Positions 32,016 to 42,300 of a stretch of DNA of 64,000 nt are shown here, in pieces (within the stretch, counting starts at the first letter, position 1; the number at the start of each line of letters is the position of its first letter). The stretch is taken from contig CAVPVK010000010.1 of NCBI GenBank assembly GCA_963709175.1, positions 19,704 through 83,703 of the forward strand, written 5' to 3'. Position numbers and translations under genes: made by a program. The stretch comes from an uncultured Planctomycetia bacterium (GTDB taxonomy: Bacteria; Planctomycetota; Planctomycetia; Pirellulales; Thermoguttaceae). The notes under the pieces are model-generated. The model did no database searches. It saw only the letters and a program-made list of their open reading frames with translations, and was not told where the DNA came from.

Positions 32016-32555
32016 TTAGAACCTCGAATACCACCGACTGATTCGCGTCGTTTCAGGGCGAAACACGGTTGCATCACGCGGCCTCACCCAATCGGTCCGA
32101 TTGGCTTCCGCCGGTCTCGGGGGCAGAGAGACGCGGAAGGAACTTCCCTCGCCGGCGGTGCACTGGAAATCCAGGCCTCCGTCGAGCGACTTCACAATCC
32201 CCTTCACGATCGCCAGTCCCAGACCAAGCCCAGGTCTGGCCGAGTTCGCGGCACCCGTTAAGCAGAACGGTGCAAAAAGCTCGTCGCGGATCTCGGCGGC
32301 GATGCCGTGCCCTCGATCGCGAATCCAGATTATCACTTTGTGGTTATCGGCGTAATCCACAGAAATGTTCACGCGTTCGCCGCGGCGAGATGCCTCGATG
32401 GCATTTCGGCGCAATCGGCTCAGTTTCCACCGTTTCATTCCACCGTTTCAGCGTGATCGTGGCAAATCGGAACGAGCATGTTCAACACGTCGTGCATGGT
32501 CCTAGCAATTTCACGTTCGATCCGCTCCAGCATGTCATTATCGGGATATTCCCTA
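32016..32555 (-). pseudogene. Histidine kinase remnant (H-box-like segment plus HATPase_c), disrupted
   Basis: ORF 32016-32438 carries the N/G boxes (RNAIEAS..IWIRDRGHGIAAE..GLGLGLAIVKGIV). Upstream, in another frame, is a short H-box-like stretch (MLERIEREIARTMHDVLNMLVPI) only about 25 codons away, with no sensor or DHp of normal length. A perfect 13-bp tandem duplication (ttccaccgtttca x2, 32425-32450) sits at the frame break. Confidence 0.55.
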
Positions 32556-32708
32556 GGCACCGCGTCGGGGACCAGGCGAAAGGAATTCCGTCATTCATGG
32601 CTACCTTCCAGCCTAATGTGCAATTATATCGTGGTTGGCCCTTAGGGAAAATGCAACCTAGAGTTCTGATGACGGCAATAACCCAATTCGGGAAACAGGA
32701 GAGCGGCG

Positions 32709-33934
32709 ATGGCCGTGGAAGAGATTCGCGTCCTGGTGGTCGATGATTCGGCGGTGATCCGATCGCTCATTGCCGACAGCATTGCCGCTACGCCCGGAAT
32801 GAAGGTGGTGGGTACGTGCCGAAGACGGTCAAAAGGCATTGGAGATGCTCGATGCGGTCGCGGCCGGACGTGATCACGCTGGACGTGCAGATGCCCCGCA
32901 TGGACGGTCTGGCGACCCTCGACGCCATCCTCGCACGACGCTCCATTCCCGTGATCATGGTCAGTTCGTTGACCAGGTTAGGGGCGGAAATCGCGCTGGA
33001 TGCCCTCGACCGCGGGGCCGTGGACTACCTGGCGAAGCCCGACTACGGCGAAAAAACCAAGGCGGCTCTGCGGGACGAATTGCCGCGGAAGATCCGCATG
33101 GCGGCCGGCTGCGACGTGCAGCGGATCCTGGAAATCCGCCGCGAGCAACGAAAGCGGATTGCCGAGCGGGTAGCCCAGCGCGGAACGGTGCCGCGGGCGG
33201 GAAAGCCGCGCCGGCGAACTTGGCGTTGCCGACAGACGCGGCCGGTGTATCTGCCACATCGCTTTTCCCGCGGAATTGGCGGGAAAGTGCATTGCGATCG
33301 GCATTTCGACGGGCGGTCCGCCTGCGCTGGCCCAGTTGTTCGCGGCGCTTCGGCCGCCCATGCCGCCGATCGTCGTGGTGCAGCACATGCCCCCGAGCTT
33401 CACGAAACCGCTGGCCTGGCGACTGGATTCGCTCAGCGAGTTGACCATCAAAGAGGCCGCCGTGGGCGATGTCCTGGTGCCCAACCAGGTCCTGATTGCC
33501 CCCGGCGGCAAGCACCTGCAAGTCCGCCGCCTGGGCGAGTGCGGTGAAGGCCGTGATCCGCGACGGGCCGGTCGTCAGCGGCCACAAGCCCTCGGTCGAC
33601 GTGATGATGAACAGCGTCGTCGCGGCCTTCGGCGGCGGTTGCCTGGGGGTGATCATGACCGGCATGGGCCGCGACGGGGCCGACGGCTGCCGCGCAATCC
33701 GCGCCGCCGGCGGCTATGTCCTCGGCCAGGACGAGGCCACGTCCGACGTCTACGGCATGAACAAGGTGGCTTATGTGGAAGGGCAACGTCGATCGCCAGT
33801 TCGCCCTGGACGACGCCGCCACGGTCATTGCCCAGCAGAGCCGCCGGCTGCGCATTGCCGCCGCAGTCGGCGAGCTAGTGGTCCGTTTCACAAACGACGT
33901 CATGGTTCTTACCCCACCCGGTTCATTTGGATGA
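32709..33934 (+). CDS. cheB: Chemotaxis protein-glutamate methylesterase CheB (at least 4 frameshifts as assembled)
   Basis: Stitched from four frames: MAVEEIRVLVVDDSAVIRSLIADSIAATPGMKVVGT / AEDGQKALEMLDAVRPDVITLDVQMPRMDGLATLDAIL..DYLAKP / CIAIGISTGGPPALAQLFAALRPPMPPIVVVQHMPPSFTKPLAWRL / VVSGHKPSVDVMMNSV..GVIMTGMGRDGADG..GQDEATSDVYGM. An RBS (AGGAGA) precedes the ATG. The 3' end is approximate. Confidence 0.8.
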
Positions 33935-34120
33935 ACGGGGTGGAGTCGCAGAAAGATACCACGCTGGCCGCTTAGCCATCGATCTCCTTCACCGACCGCT
34001 CCCAGAGGTCGCCCGACCGGAGCGGTCGCAATATCCGAGCTGCCCGAAGAGAGATTTGACATAGCCCTGCCCTGACCTACGTTTATTTGTCACTTTGAAA
34101 TCTTAACCCCGGGTAACGTT

Positions 34121-34487
34121 ATGAGTGCCAGAGTTCTCGTCGCCGACGATTCCGCCACCATGCGGAAGATCATCATGCGGAGCCTCAACGCCGTCGGGAA
34201 TCCCCACGGCAACGTCGAGGCCTCCGATGGAAACGAGGCCGTGCAGACCTTCGTCACCAGGCCAGTTCGACCTGGTGCTGACCGACTGGAACATGCCGGG
34301 CAAGACGGGCTTGGAGGTGATCAAGGAGATTCGTGCCAAGGATGCCAAGGTGCCGATCATCATGATCACCACCGAGGCCGAGAAGAGCCGCGTGTTGGCC
34401 GCCATCCAGGCGGGCGTCTCCGACTACCTGGTCAAGCCGTTCACGCCCGACACGCTCCGCGAAAAACTGGCAAAGCACGGTTGCTGA
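34121..34487 (+). CDS. cheY: Chemotaxis response regulator CheY (1 frameshift near 34255)
   Basis: MSARVLVADDSATMRKIIMRSLNAVG..ASDGNEAVQTF in one frame, then QFDLVLTDWNMPGKTGLEVIKEIRAKDAKVPIIMITTEAEKSRVLAAIQAGVSDYLVKPFTPDTLREKL in the next. Confidence 0.85.
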
Positions 34488-34637
34488 CGAATAATTCTTC
34501 GCCTGCGGCAACTTTGTGAGCTACGGTTGCGTATAGAGTTTCTTCATGCAGGCAGCCCGGAGAAACGCGGCCCGCCGACCATGAGTACATGTGACCGGCG
34601 GGCTGCCTTAGTGGGCAGACCTCGGGTCTGCTAGTTG

Positions 34638-34702
34638 AAGGCACAGTTGAAGTCGCTCTCTTCGCTAGGAAGAGACGACTTCGACTGTGCCTTTTTTGTT
34701 TT
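34638..34702 (+). terminator. Rho-independent terminator-like hairpin with a T tract
   Basis: gaaggcacagttgaagtcg..cgacttcgactgtgcctt, a long GC-containing stem, followed by ttttgtttt. It lies downstream of cheY and only 12 nt upstream of the cheR ATG. Confidence 0.6.
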
Positions 34703-34714
34703 GGGACTGGGAAC

Positions 34715-35422
34715 ATGGCATTCACGTTCTTCTTCCGCGACTCAGAGACCCTCGAACTGGCGATCGAGGACGCCCTGCCCAGCCTCAGAGGCCGAGCCTT
34801 CATCCATGTGTGGGACGCCGGATGCGCCCACGGACCCGAGCCCTACACGCTGGCCATCCTGCTGCGAGAGCGGATGTCCGAATACGTCTTCCGGAACGTG
34901 CAGATCCATGCCACCGACATGGATTCGAGCTTCGCCGAGCCAGGTTACTTCCGGCATCTTTCCCGACCAGGAGGTGAAACGCGTCCCGCCGAGATCTTCC
35001 AGAAATACTTCCGTCCGGCTTCCCAGCCCGGCTTTGTCGAGGTCGTGCCGGAGCTGCGGGCCAAAGTCACGTTTTCGCACCGCGACCTGCTGTCGCTGCG
35101 GCCCGTGCGGGAGGGCCTCAGCCTGATCGTCTGCAAGAACGTGCTGCTGCACTTCGACGAAGCGCAGCGGATCAACGTGCTCCAGATGTTCCACCAGGCC
35201 CTTCAGCCCGGCGGCACGCTCGTCATGGAGCGCACGCAGAAACTGCCCGCGACGCTTGCGACTCGCTTCCGGCAAGTCGCCCCCTACGCCCAGGTGTTTC
35301 GCAAGCTGGATCGTGCGGTTGGGGAGCCTCGGGCGGAGAACCATCGCGTCCCACCTGCACTCCGGACGGCTCGGCGGGCCTTCACGGCCGCCGGCCGCTC
35401 CCCCATGTACCCGCGGACATGA
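34715..35422 (+). CDS. cheR: CheR-type chemotaxis protein methyltransferase (short form; internal +1/-1 compensated frameshift pair)
   Basis: MAFTFFFRDSETLE..HVWDAGCAHGPEPYTLAILL..LIVCKNVLLHF. Between about 34935 and 34990 the alternative frame reads the conserved-looking QVTSGIFPDQEVKRVPP instead of PGYFRHLSRPGGETRPA. Confidence 0.8.
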   Translation: MAFTFFFRDSETLELAIEDALPSLRGRAFIHVWDAGCAHGPEPYTLAILLRERMSEYVFRNVQIHATDMDSSFAEPGYFRHLSRPGGETRPAEIFQKYFRPASQPGFVEVVPELRAKVTFSHRDLLSLRPVREGLSLIVCKNVLLHFDEAQRINVLQMFHQALQPGGTLVMERTQKLPATLATRFRQVAPYAQVFRKLDRAVGEPRAENHRVPPALRTARRAFTAAGRSPMYPRT

Positions 35423-35527
35423 CCAGTCGCACTGTGGCTGAACCAACCGCCTGCCGCGTGCGACCTGCACCTACCTTCCAGTTCCTACCTTTCACTTCCC
35501 ACCCTATTGAAACCAGGAGAATGACAG

Positions 35528-38284
35528 ATGTTTACCAGCGGCAAGGCACTTACAGCGCTCGTTGCCGAGAGCAAGCGGCTCGCGGACGCAATCAAGGAAG
35601 GCAAACTCCAGGCCCGCGCCAATCCGGAGGCCGTGGCCCGAAGTTCCGGCCCGTCGTCGAGGCCATGAACGCGATGGCGGACGCCTTCGTGGCCCCGATC
35701 AACGTGACTGCCGAGTACGTCGACCGGATTTCCAAGGGCGACATCCCGCCGAAGATCACCGACACCTACAGCGGCGACTTCAACGAGATCAAGAACAACC
35801 TCAACCAGTGCATCGACGCCCTGAGCGGCCTGATCGGCGAGATGAACCGCATGAGCCGCGAGCACGACGCCGGCGACATCGACGTGGCGATCCCGGCCGA
35901 CAAGTTCCAGGGCGCCTACCGCGACGATGGCCGAGGGCGTCAACAAGATGGTCGTCGGCCACATCGCCGTGAAGAAGAAGGCCATGGCCTGCATCGCCGA
36001 GTTCGGCAAGGGCAACTTCGACGCCGAGCTGGAGAAGTTCCCCGGCAAGAAGGCCTTCATCAACGACACCATCGAACGGCTGCGCACCAACCTCAAGAGC
36101 TTCATCGCCGAGATGCACCGCATGTCGGACGAGCACAACAAGGGCGACATCGACGTGGTGATCCCGGTGGAGAAGTTCGAGGGCGCCTATCAAGACGATG
36201 GCCCAAGGCGTCAACGAGCATGGCCGGCGGCCACATCGCCGTGAAGAAGAAGGCCATGGCCTGCATCGCCGAGTTCGGCAAGGGCAACTTCGAGGCCGCG
36301 CTGGAGAAGTTCCCCGGCAAGAAGGCGTTCATCAACGACACCATCGAAGGGGTGCGGACGAACCTGAAGGCGGTGCTCGCCGAGATCGAATCGCGCTGAT
36401 CAAGGCGACCCAGGACGGCAAGCTGCAGACCCGCGGCAACGCCGCAGCAGTTCGCCGGCGGCTGGGGCGAGATGGTGGGCGGCGTGAACAAGCTGATCGA
36501 CGCCTTCGTGGCCCCCATCAACGTCACCGCCGAGTACGTGGACCGCATCTCCAAGGGCGACATCCCGCCGAAGATCACCGACACCTACAACGGCGACTTC
36601 AACGAGATCAAGAACAACCTCAACGCCTGCATCGACGTGATGAACGGCTTGCTGCGGGAGACGAATACGCTGATCCAGGCGACCCAAGACGGCAAGCTGC
36701 AGACCCGCGGCAACGCCAAGCAGTTCGCCGGCGGCTGGGGCGAGTTGGTGGGCGGCGTGAACAAGCTGATCGACGCCTTCGTGGCCCCGATCAACGTCAC
36801 CGCCGAGTACGTGGACCGCATCTCCAAGGGCGACATCCCGCCCAAGATCACCGACACCTACAACGGCGACTTCAACGAGATCAAGAACAACCTCAACGCC
36901 TGCATCGACGTGATGAACGGGTTGCTGCGGGAGACGGCAACACGCTGATCCAGGCGACCCAGGACGGCAAGCTGCAGACCCGCGGCAACGCCCAGCAGTT
37001 CGCCGGCGGCTGGGGCGAGTTGGTGGGCGGCGTGAACAAGCTGATCGACGCCTTCGTGGCCCCGATCAACGTCACCGCCGAGTACGTCGATCGCATCTCC
37101 AAGGGCAACATCCCGGCGAAGATCACCGACACCTACAACGGCGACTTCAACCTCATCAAGAACAACCTCAACCAGTGCATCGACGCGGTGAACGCCATGT
37201 CGGCCGACGCCGTGATGCTGGCCAAGGCGGCCGTGGAAGGCAAGCTGGCCGACCCGGGCCGACGCCTCGAAGCACCAGGGCGACTTCCGCAAGATCGTGC
37301 AGGGCGTGAACGACACGCTGGACGCCGTGATCGGCCCCATGAACGACGCCGCCAAGGCCCTGAAGGCCATGGCGGCCAAGGACTTCACCCGGCCCATCGA
37401 GGGCGACTACGCCGGCGATTTCAAGGCCCTGAAGAACGCCGTCAACGCCGTGGTGGAGAACGTCCGCTCGGCGATCGGCCAGATCACCGAGAGCGCCGCG
37501 CAGTTCGGCGAGGGCTCGCGGGTGATCGCCGAGAGCTCGCAGACGCTGGCCTCCGGGGCCCAGCAGCAAAGCTCCTCGGTGCAGCAGGTGACGGCCTCCA
37601 TCGAAGAGCTGAGCCGCTCGGTGGAGAACGTCAAGGACATCGGCCCACGGGGCCGACAAGCTGGCCAAGGAAACGAGCGTCCTGGCCGAGCAAGGCGGGG
37701 CGGCCGTGCAGAAGTCGGTCGAGGCCATGGAACTGATCCGCACCAGTTCCACGCAGATCGGCGAGATCATCCAGGTGATCTCCGAGATCGCCAGCCAGAC
37801 CAACCTGCTGGCCCTGAACGCGGCCATCGAGGCGGCCCGGGCCGGCGAGCACGGCCGGGGATTCGCCGTGGTGGCCGACGAGGTCCGCAAGCTGGCCGAG
37901 CGGTCCAACAAGGCGGCCGGCGAGATCACCAGCCTCATCAAGGAATCGACGCAACAGGTCGCAGCAAGGCGCGCAACTCAGCGGCGAGACCGGCGAGGCG
38001 CTGAAGAAGATCGTCGAGAGCGTCAAGGCCACCGCGGCCAAGATCGCCGAGATCGCCACGGCCACGGTGCAGCAGGCCGCCAACTCCGAGGAGGTCTCCA
38101 AGGCCACCCAGGGCATCGCCCAGGTGACCGAGCAGGCCGCGGCCGGCACCGAGCAGATGGCCTCCAGCAGCCAGGAACTTGGGGCCCAGGCCCAGGCCCT
38201 CCGCGACCTGGTGAGCACGTTCCGCACCAAGAGCCAGGCAGCCGAGGCCGAGTCCGAGGCCGACGCCGAGCCATGGCCGTCTGA
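35528..38284 (+). CDS. Soluble methyl-accepting chemotaxis protein with a poly-HAMP-like repeat array (about 9 frame changes as assembled)
   Basis: The start is [37 protein letters not shown], with no TM segment. Repeated modules follow (..[50 protein letters not shown]..). The signalling domain is [48 protein letters not shown]. The reading frame hops among all three + frames. Confidence 0.85.
36396..37215 (+). repeat. Three near-identical ~273-276-nt tandem repeats inside the MCP gene
   Basis: Units begin with ctgatc(a/c)aggcgaccca(g/a)gacggcaagctgcagacccgcggcaacgcc at 36396, 36670 and 36945. The spacings of 274 and 275 nt are not multiples of 3, so indels are present. Each unit encodes [75 protein letters not shown]. 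Confidence 0.9.
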
Positions 38285-38300
38285 TCGTAACGCGAGGCGA

Positions 38301-38328
38301 GGGCGGCCTCGGTCAGCCGAGGCCGCCC
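38301..38328 (+). terminator. GC-rich hairpin after the MCP gene (no T tract)
   Basis: gggcggcctcgg-tcag-ccgaggccgccc, a perfect 12-bp stem. It may be an attenuator or mRNA-stabilising element rather than a full terminator. Confidence 0.4.
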
Positions 38329-38429
38329 GCCTAGACGTAATTCGCCTGACAAATGGTGGGACTCGCTCCGCTCGAGCCCACCCTTCACCTGCTACAAACC
38401 ACACTTCACATACACAAGGAGAACATTTC

Positions 38430-38965
38430 ATGTCCACCGTCATGCAAGAACCGCCCGCCGGCCTGGCGGAAAACACCGTCCGCGAGCAGACCCGCTCCGC
38501 CCGACCGGCTCGATGCAACTGGTGAGCTTCAAGCTCAGCGACGAAACCTACGGGATCGAAATCACCAAGATCCGCGAGATCATCCTCGTGGGCCAGATCA
38601 CGCGGGTCCCGGAAACGCCGCACTACATCAAGGGCTTGATCAATCTCCGCAGCTCGGTCATTCCCGTGATCGACTTGCGGGCCCGCTTCTCGCTGGCCGA
38701 GAACGAACTGACCCAGGACAGCCGCATCATGGTGCTCAACGTCGGCCGCCGCACGATCGGCATCGTCGTCGATTCGGTGAACGAGGTGCTGCGGGTGGCG
38801 CAGGACCAGATCTCGCCGGCCCCGCCCACCGTGGCCAGCCTGGGCAACCAGTACATGACCGGCCTGGTCCGGCTGGAGGAGCAATTGCTGATCCTCCTGG
38901 ACGTGGACCGGCTGTTCGGCGAGGAAGCCACCGCGGCCATGGACGAAGCCGTGGCCAACGGCTGA
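38430..38965 (+). CDS. cheW: Chemotaxis coupling protein CheW (1 frameshift near 38490)
   Basis: A strong RBS (AAGGAG) lies 8 nt before the ATG at 38430 (MSTVMQEPPAGLAENTVREQ). The frame then shifts into ORF 38513-38965 (QLVSFKLSDETYGIEITKIREIILVGQITRVPETPHYIKGLINLRSSVIPVIDLR). Confidence 0.85.
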
Positions 38966-39085
38966 AATTTTGGTGTGAAATAGAGGATCGGCGGCACGCC
39001 CGCGGGCGCCGCGGGCATGCCGACCGATCCACTCGCAGGATGGCAAGAGTGGCTTTTTTGCGGCGCCGTAACACGGGAGACGATC

Positions 39086-39265
39086 ATGTTGCCGGACGAG
39101 TCGAATAACGTTGACGAATTCGAGCGGAAGCTGACGAGGCTGCGACTGCGGATTGACCAGTTGCCGCCCGAACAACGGTCGCACCTATACGCCTTGGCGG
39201 ACGCTATTGCGGAAGAGCGCAGGCAATTGCCCGATCGACAGCCTTCCATCACCGGCTCGGCGTGA
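39086..39265 (+). CDS. Small hypothetical protein within the che operon (59 aa)
   Basis: A GGGAGA RBS lies 6 nt upstream of the ATG at 39086. The sequence MLPDESNNVDEFERKLTRLRLRIDQLPPEQRSHLYALADAIAEERRQL is predicted helical. I do not recognise a family. Confidence 0.4.
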   Translation: MLPDESNNVDEFERKLTRLRLRIDQLPPEQRSHLYALADAIAEERRQLPDRQPSITGSA

Positions 39266-39301
39266 GGCGTCTTTCTTCCTCCAGGAAACAGCGGACCCGA
39301 T

Positions 39302-42300
39302 CATGAGCGACTTGCAAGCGAGCGGACAGAACGAACTGCTCGACAGCCTGCTGGGCGACTTTCTCGACGAGTCGGACCAGCTCCTCACGCAACTCAACGA
39401 GCGGCTGCTGCAGCTCGACGAATGGGTCCGCGCGCTGGACGACGACCACGTCGGAGCACTGCGACCCCACGTTGCTCAACGAGATGTTCCGCGCGGCCCA
39501 CAGCCTCAAGGGCCTGTCGGCCATGCTGGGGCTCACGGACATCAACAACCTGACGCACAAGATCGAAAACGTCTTCGACGCCGCCCGCAAGAACGAACTG
39601 GCCGTCAACGGCGACGTGACCGAATTGGTCTTCATGGGACTCGATCAACTGACGGCCCTGATCGACCGCTTGAAGGATCCTGGGAGCGAGCCGGTCGATT
39701 GCAGCGCCGTGCGTCGACTCCATCCGCCGGCTGCTGCAGACGCGCGGGCGTGGAGCGGAAGCAGTCGTCGCAGGCCGACGCGGAAAGGGCCATGGCGGCG
39801 GAAGGCGAGCAGAGCAGTGAGCGGGCAGCGGGGAGCGGGGAAACGCAGAGAGGGGACACGGCAGACGCGGGGAGCGCAACGTTCCCGTCCCTCTGTTCCC
39901 GTGTCTCCTCTCCTCCCGCTCCCCGCTCCCTGCTCCCCGCTCCCCACTCCCCTCCCCGCCGATCCAATGGCGGAGGTGCGCGACGAAGGCGGGATATCCG
40001 CAAAAGTACCTTTCGATCTTCATCGACGAGAGCGAGGCCTCCCTGGATGCGCTGACCAGCGCCTTGCTTGGCGCTGGAGAACGGCGGCAACGGCGACGAT
40101 CTGAAGGGCCTGATGGGCACCGCCCACAAGATCAAGGGATCGGCGGCATCCATCGGCCTGAACCGGATCGCCAAGCTGGCCCACCTGATGGAGGACTTGC
40201 TGCAGGAGTTGCTGCAGACGCACGGCTCGCTGTCCAGCGGCGCTGACCGACGTCTTCTTGAAATGCACCGATGCCCTGCAGCGCCACGTGGCCGAACTGA
40301 AGCACGGCGGACGGCCAGTCGGACCATTTCGGCCGATCTGGCCCGGCTGAACTGCTGGCGGCACGTCCGGCGAATCGCGGACGCGAGGACGCGTGCGGCA
40401 AGACCACTTATCGTCGGCGAAGTGAAATTCGAGCCCGCCTTGGCCGCTGTCGGCGCTGAAGGCCAGTTTGATCTACGAGAAACTTTCCAGGCTGGGAGAA
40501 TTGTCCGAGTGCGATCCGCGGCCGGAGTCGTTCGACGAGATCGAGCAGCTCGATTGTTTTCGCTTTCGCTTGGCCACCGACCAGCCCTTGGAAATCATCA
40601 AGGACCGCTTGCGGATTGCGGGCGTGCTGGAAGCGAGCGTCGCGCGCTGGATCCACTGCGCCACTGGCGCGGAGCAGGCGCAGGGCGGCGAGGGCTCGCG
40701 AGCACCGGCCCGAACGGCGAGAACCATCGGATCCGAGGCGGCCCACGCTCGCCAACCAGTGCGCGACCGCAACCGCGCGCCCCGCTACCCGGCTCTGTCG
40801 CACCCCGCAACCCCAGTCCGCCGGCCGTCCCTGACAGGCTTCAACCGCTCCGCAACCGACCGGCATCGCCGCCAAGCCGGGTGCCGGACAGCGAGCCGCG
40901 CACCGCCGACGCCGGGCAGCGGCCCACCGAGACGGTCCGCGTGGACATCGACCGGCTGGACCACCTGATGGACCTTGCCGGCCAGTTGGTCATCAACAAG
41001 GCGCAGTTCGTGCAAATCGGCGACAAGTTCCGCAGCGCGCTGGGCTGCAAGCACTCGGAGCAGGCGCTTGAACAAGGTGTCGGCCGAACTGGAGCGGATG
41101 GGCGGCCAGATCGCCCTGCGAGCTCGACGGCGAGCACTCGGCCGGCCGTGCTGGAAGGCATCCGCGGCCACGTGCGGCGGATCCAGAACGAGTTGGAGCC
41201 GCTCCGCCGCGAGGTCGCAGGCCTTCCGCCAGGCCCGCGACGTCGTCGAGGACCTGTTCGAAGCGATCCATCAACTTGGGCGCGTCAGCGACGGCATCCA
41301 GCAGAGCGTCATGGACACGCGGATGGTCCCCATCGGGCCGCTCTTCGCCCGCTTCAAGCGCGTGGTCCGCGACATCACCCGCTCGACCGCCAAGCAGGCC
41401 CGGCTGGAGATCCGCGGCGAGAACACCGAGCTGGACAAGCGGATGATCGACGAGCTGGGCGACCCGCTGGTCCACCTGGTGCGCAATTCGGTGGACCACG
41501 GCATCGAACCGCCCGAGGTCCGCGAAGCGGCCGGAAAGCCCCGCGAGGGGACCGTGACGCTCGATGCCTTCCACCGCGGCAACAGCATCGTGATCGAGGT
41601 CCGCGACGACGGCAAGGGCCTGGACGCCGACCGCATCCTGCAAAAGTGCCTGGAGAAGGGCCTGGTGACCAAGGCCGACGCCGAAAAAATGACGACGCAG
41701 CAGATCTACCAGAAGATCTGGGAGCCCGGACTCAGCACCGCGGAGAAGGTGACCGAAGTCTCCGGCCGCGGCATGGGAATGGACATCGTCAAATCGAAGA
41801 TCGACGAGCTCAGCGGGACCGTCGATATCGACAGCGTGCCCGGCCAGGGCACCACGATCACGATCAAGCTGCCGCTGACGCTGGCGATCCTCCCCTCGCT
41901 GATGGTCGAGATCCGCGGCGACGTGTTCGCCATCCCGATGGAGGCCGTCGTCGAAATCGTCAGCGTCGCCCGGAACCAGGTGAATTCGGTGCAAGGGCGG
42001 CAGATGGCGCTGCGTGCGGGGGCGAGCGGTCTCCCTCTTGCGGCTGGGCGACCTGCTCAGCTTCCACGGCGCCGGCGCGACGCCGCCGTCGCCAGCCCGC
42101 GGAAACCACGCTGGTGATCGTGGGCGAGGCGGGCGAAGAAGTCGGCCTGGCCGTCGACCGCGTCATCGGCGAAGAGGAAGTGGTCATCAAGTCCATCGCC
42201 GAGAACTTCGCCAATGTGCCGGGAATCGCCGGGGCCAGCATCCTCGGCGACGGCCGCGTGTCGCTGATCCTCGATATCGCCGGCCTCGTCGAGATCGTAT

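Noticed and set aside
33991-34024. Hairpin GACCGCTCC-N16-GGAGCGGTC after cheB as a terminator, and a TTGACA at about 34055 as a cheY promoter.
   Set aside because: There is no T tract after the hairpin. No acceptable -10 box lies 16-19 nt downstream of the TTGACA. Both are too weak to report as features.
36396-37215. Regularly spaced direct repeats that could suggest a CRISPR array. The same question arises for the ~270-nt periodicity at 58-64 kb and the heptamer arrays at 24.8-29.9 kb.
   Set aside because: The repeat units of about 273 nt are protein-domain repeats in frame with an MCP and with an IPT adhesin. The heptamer arrays have no unique spacers of 25-40 nt. No cas genes are present in the window.
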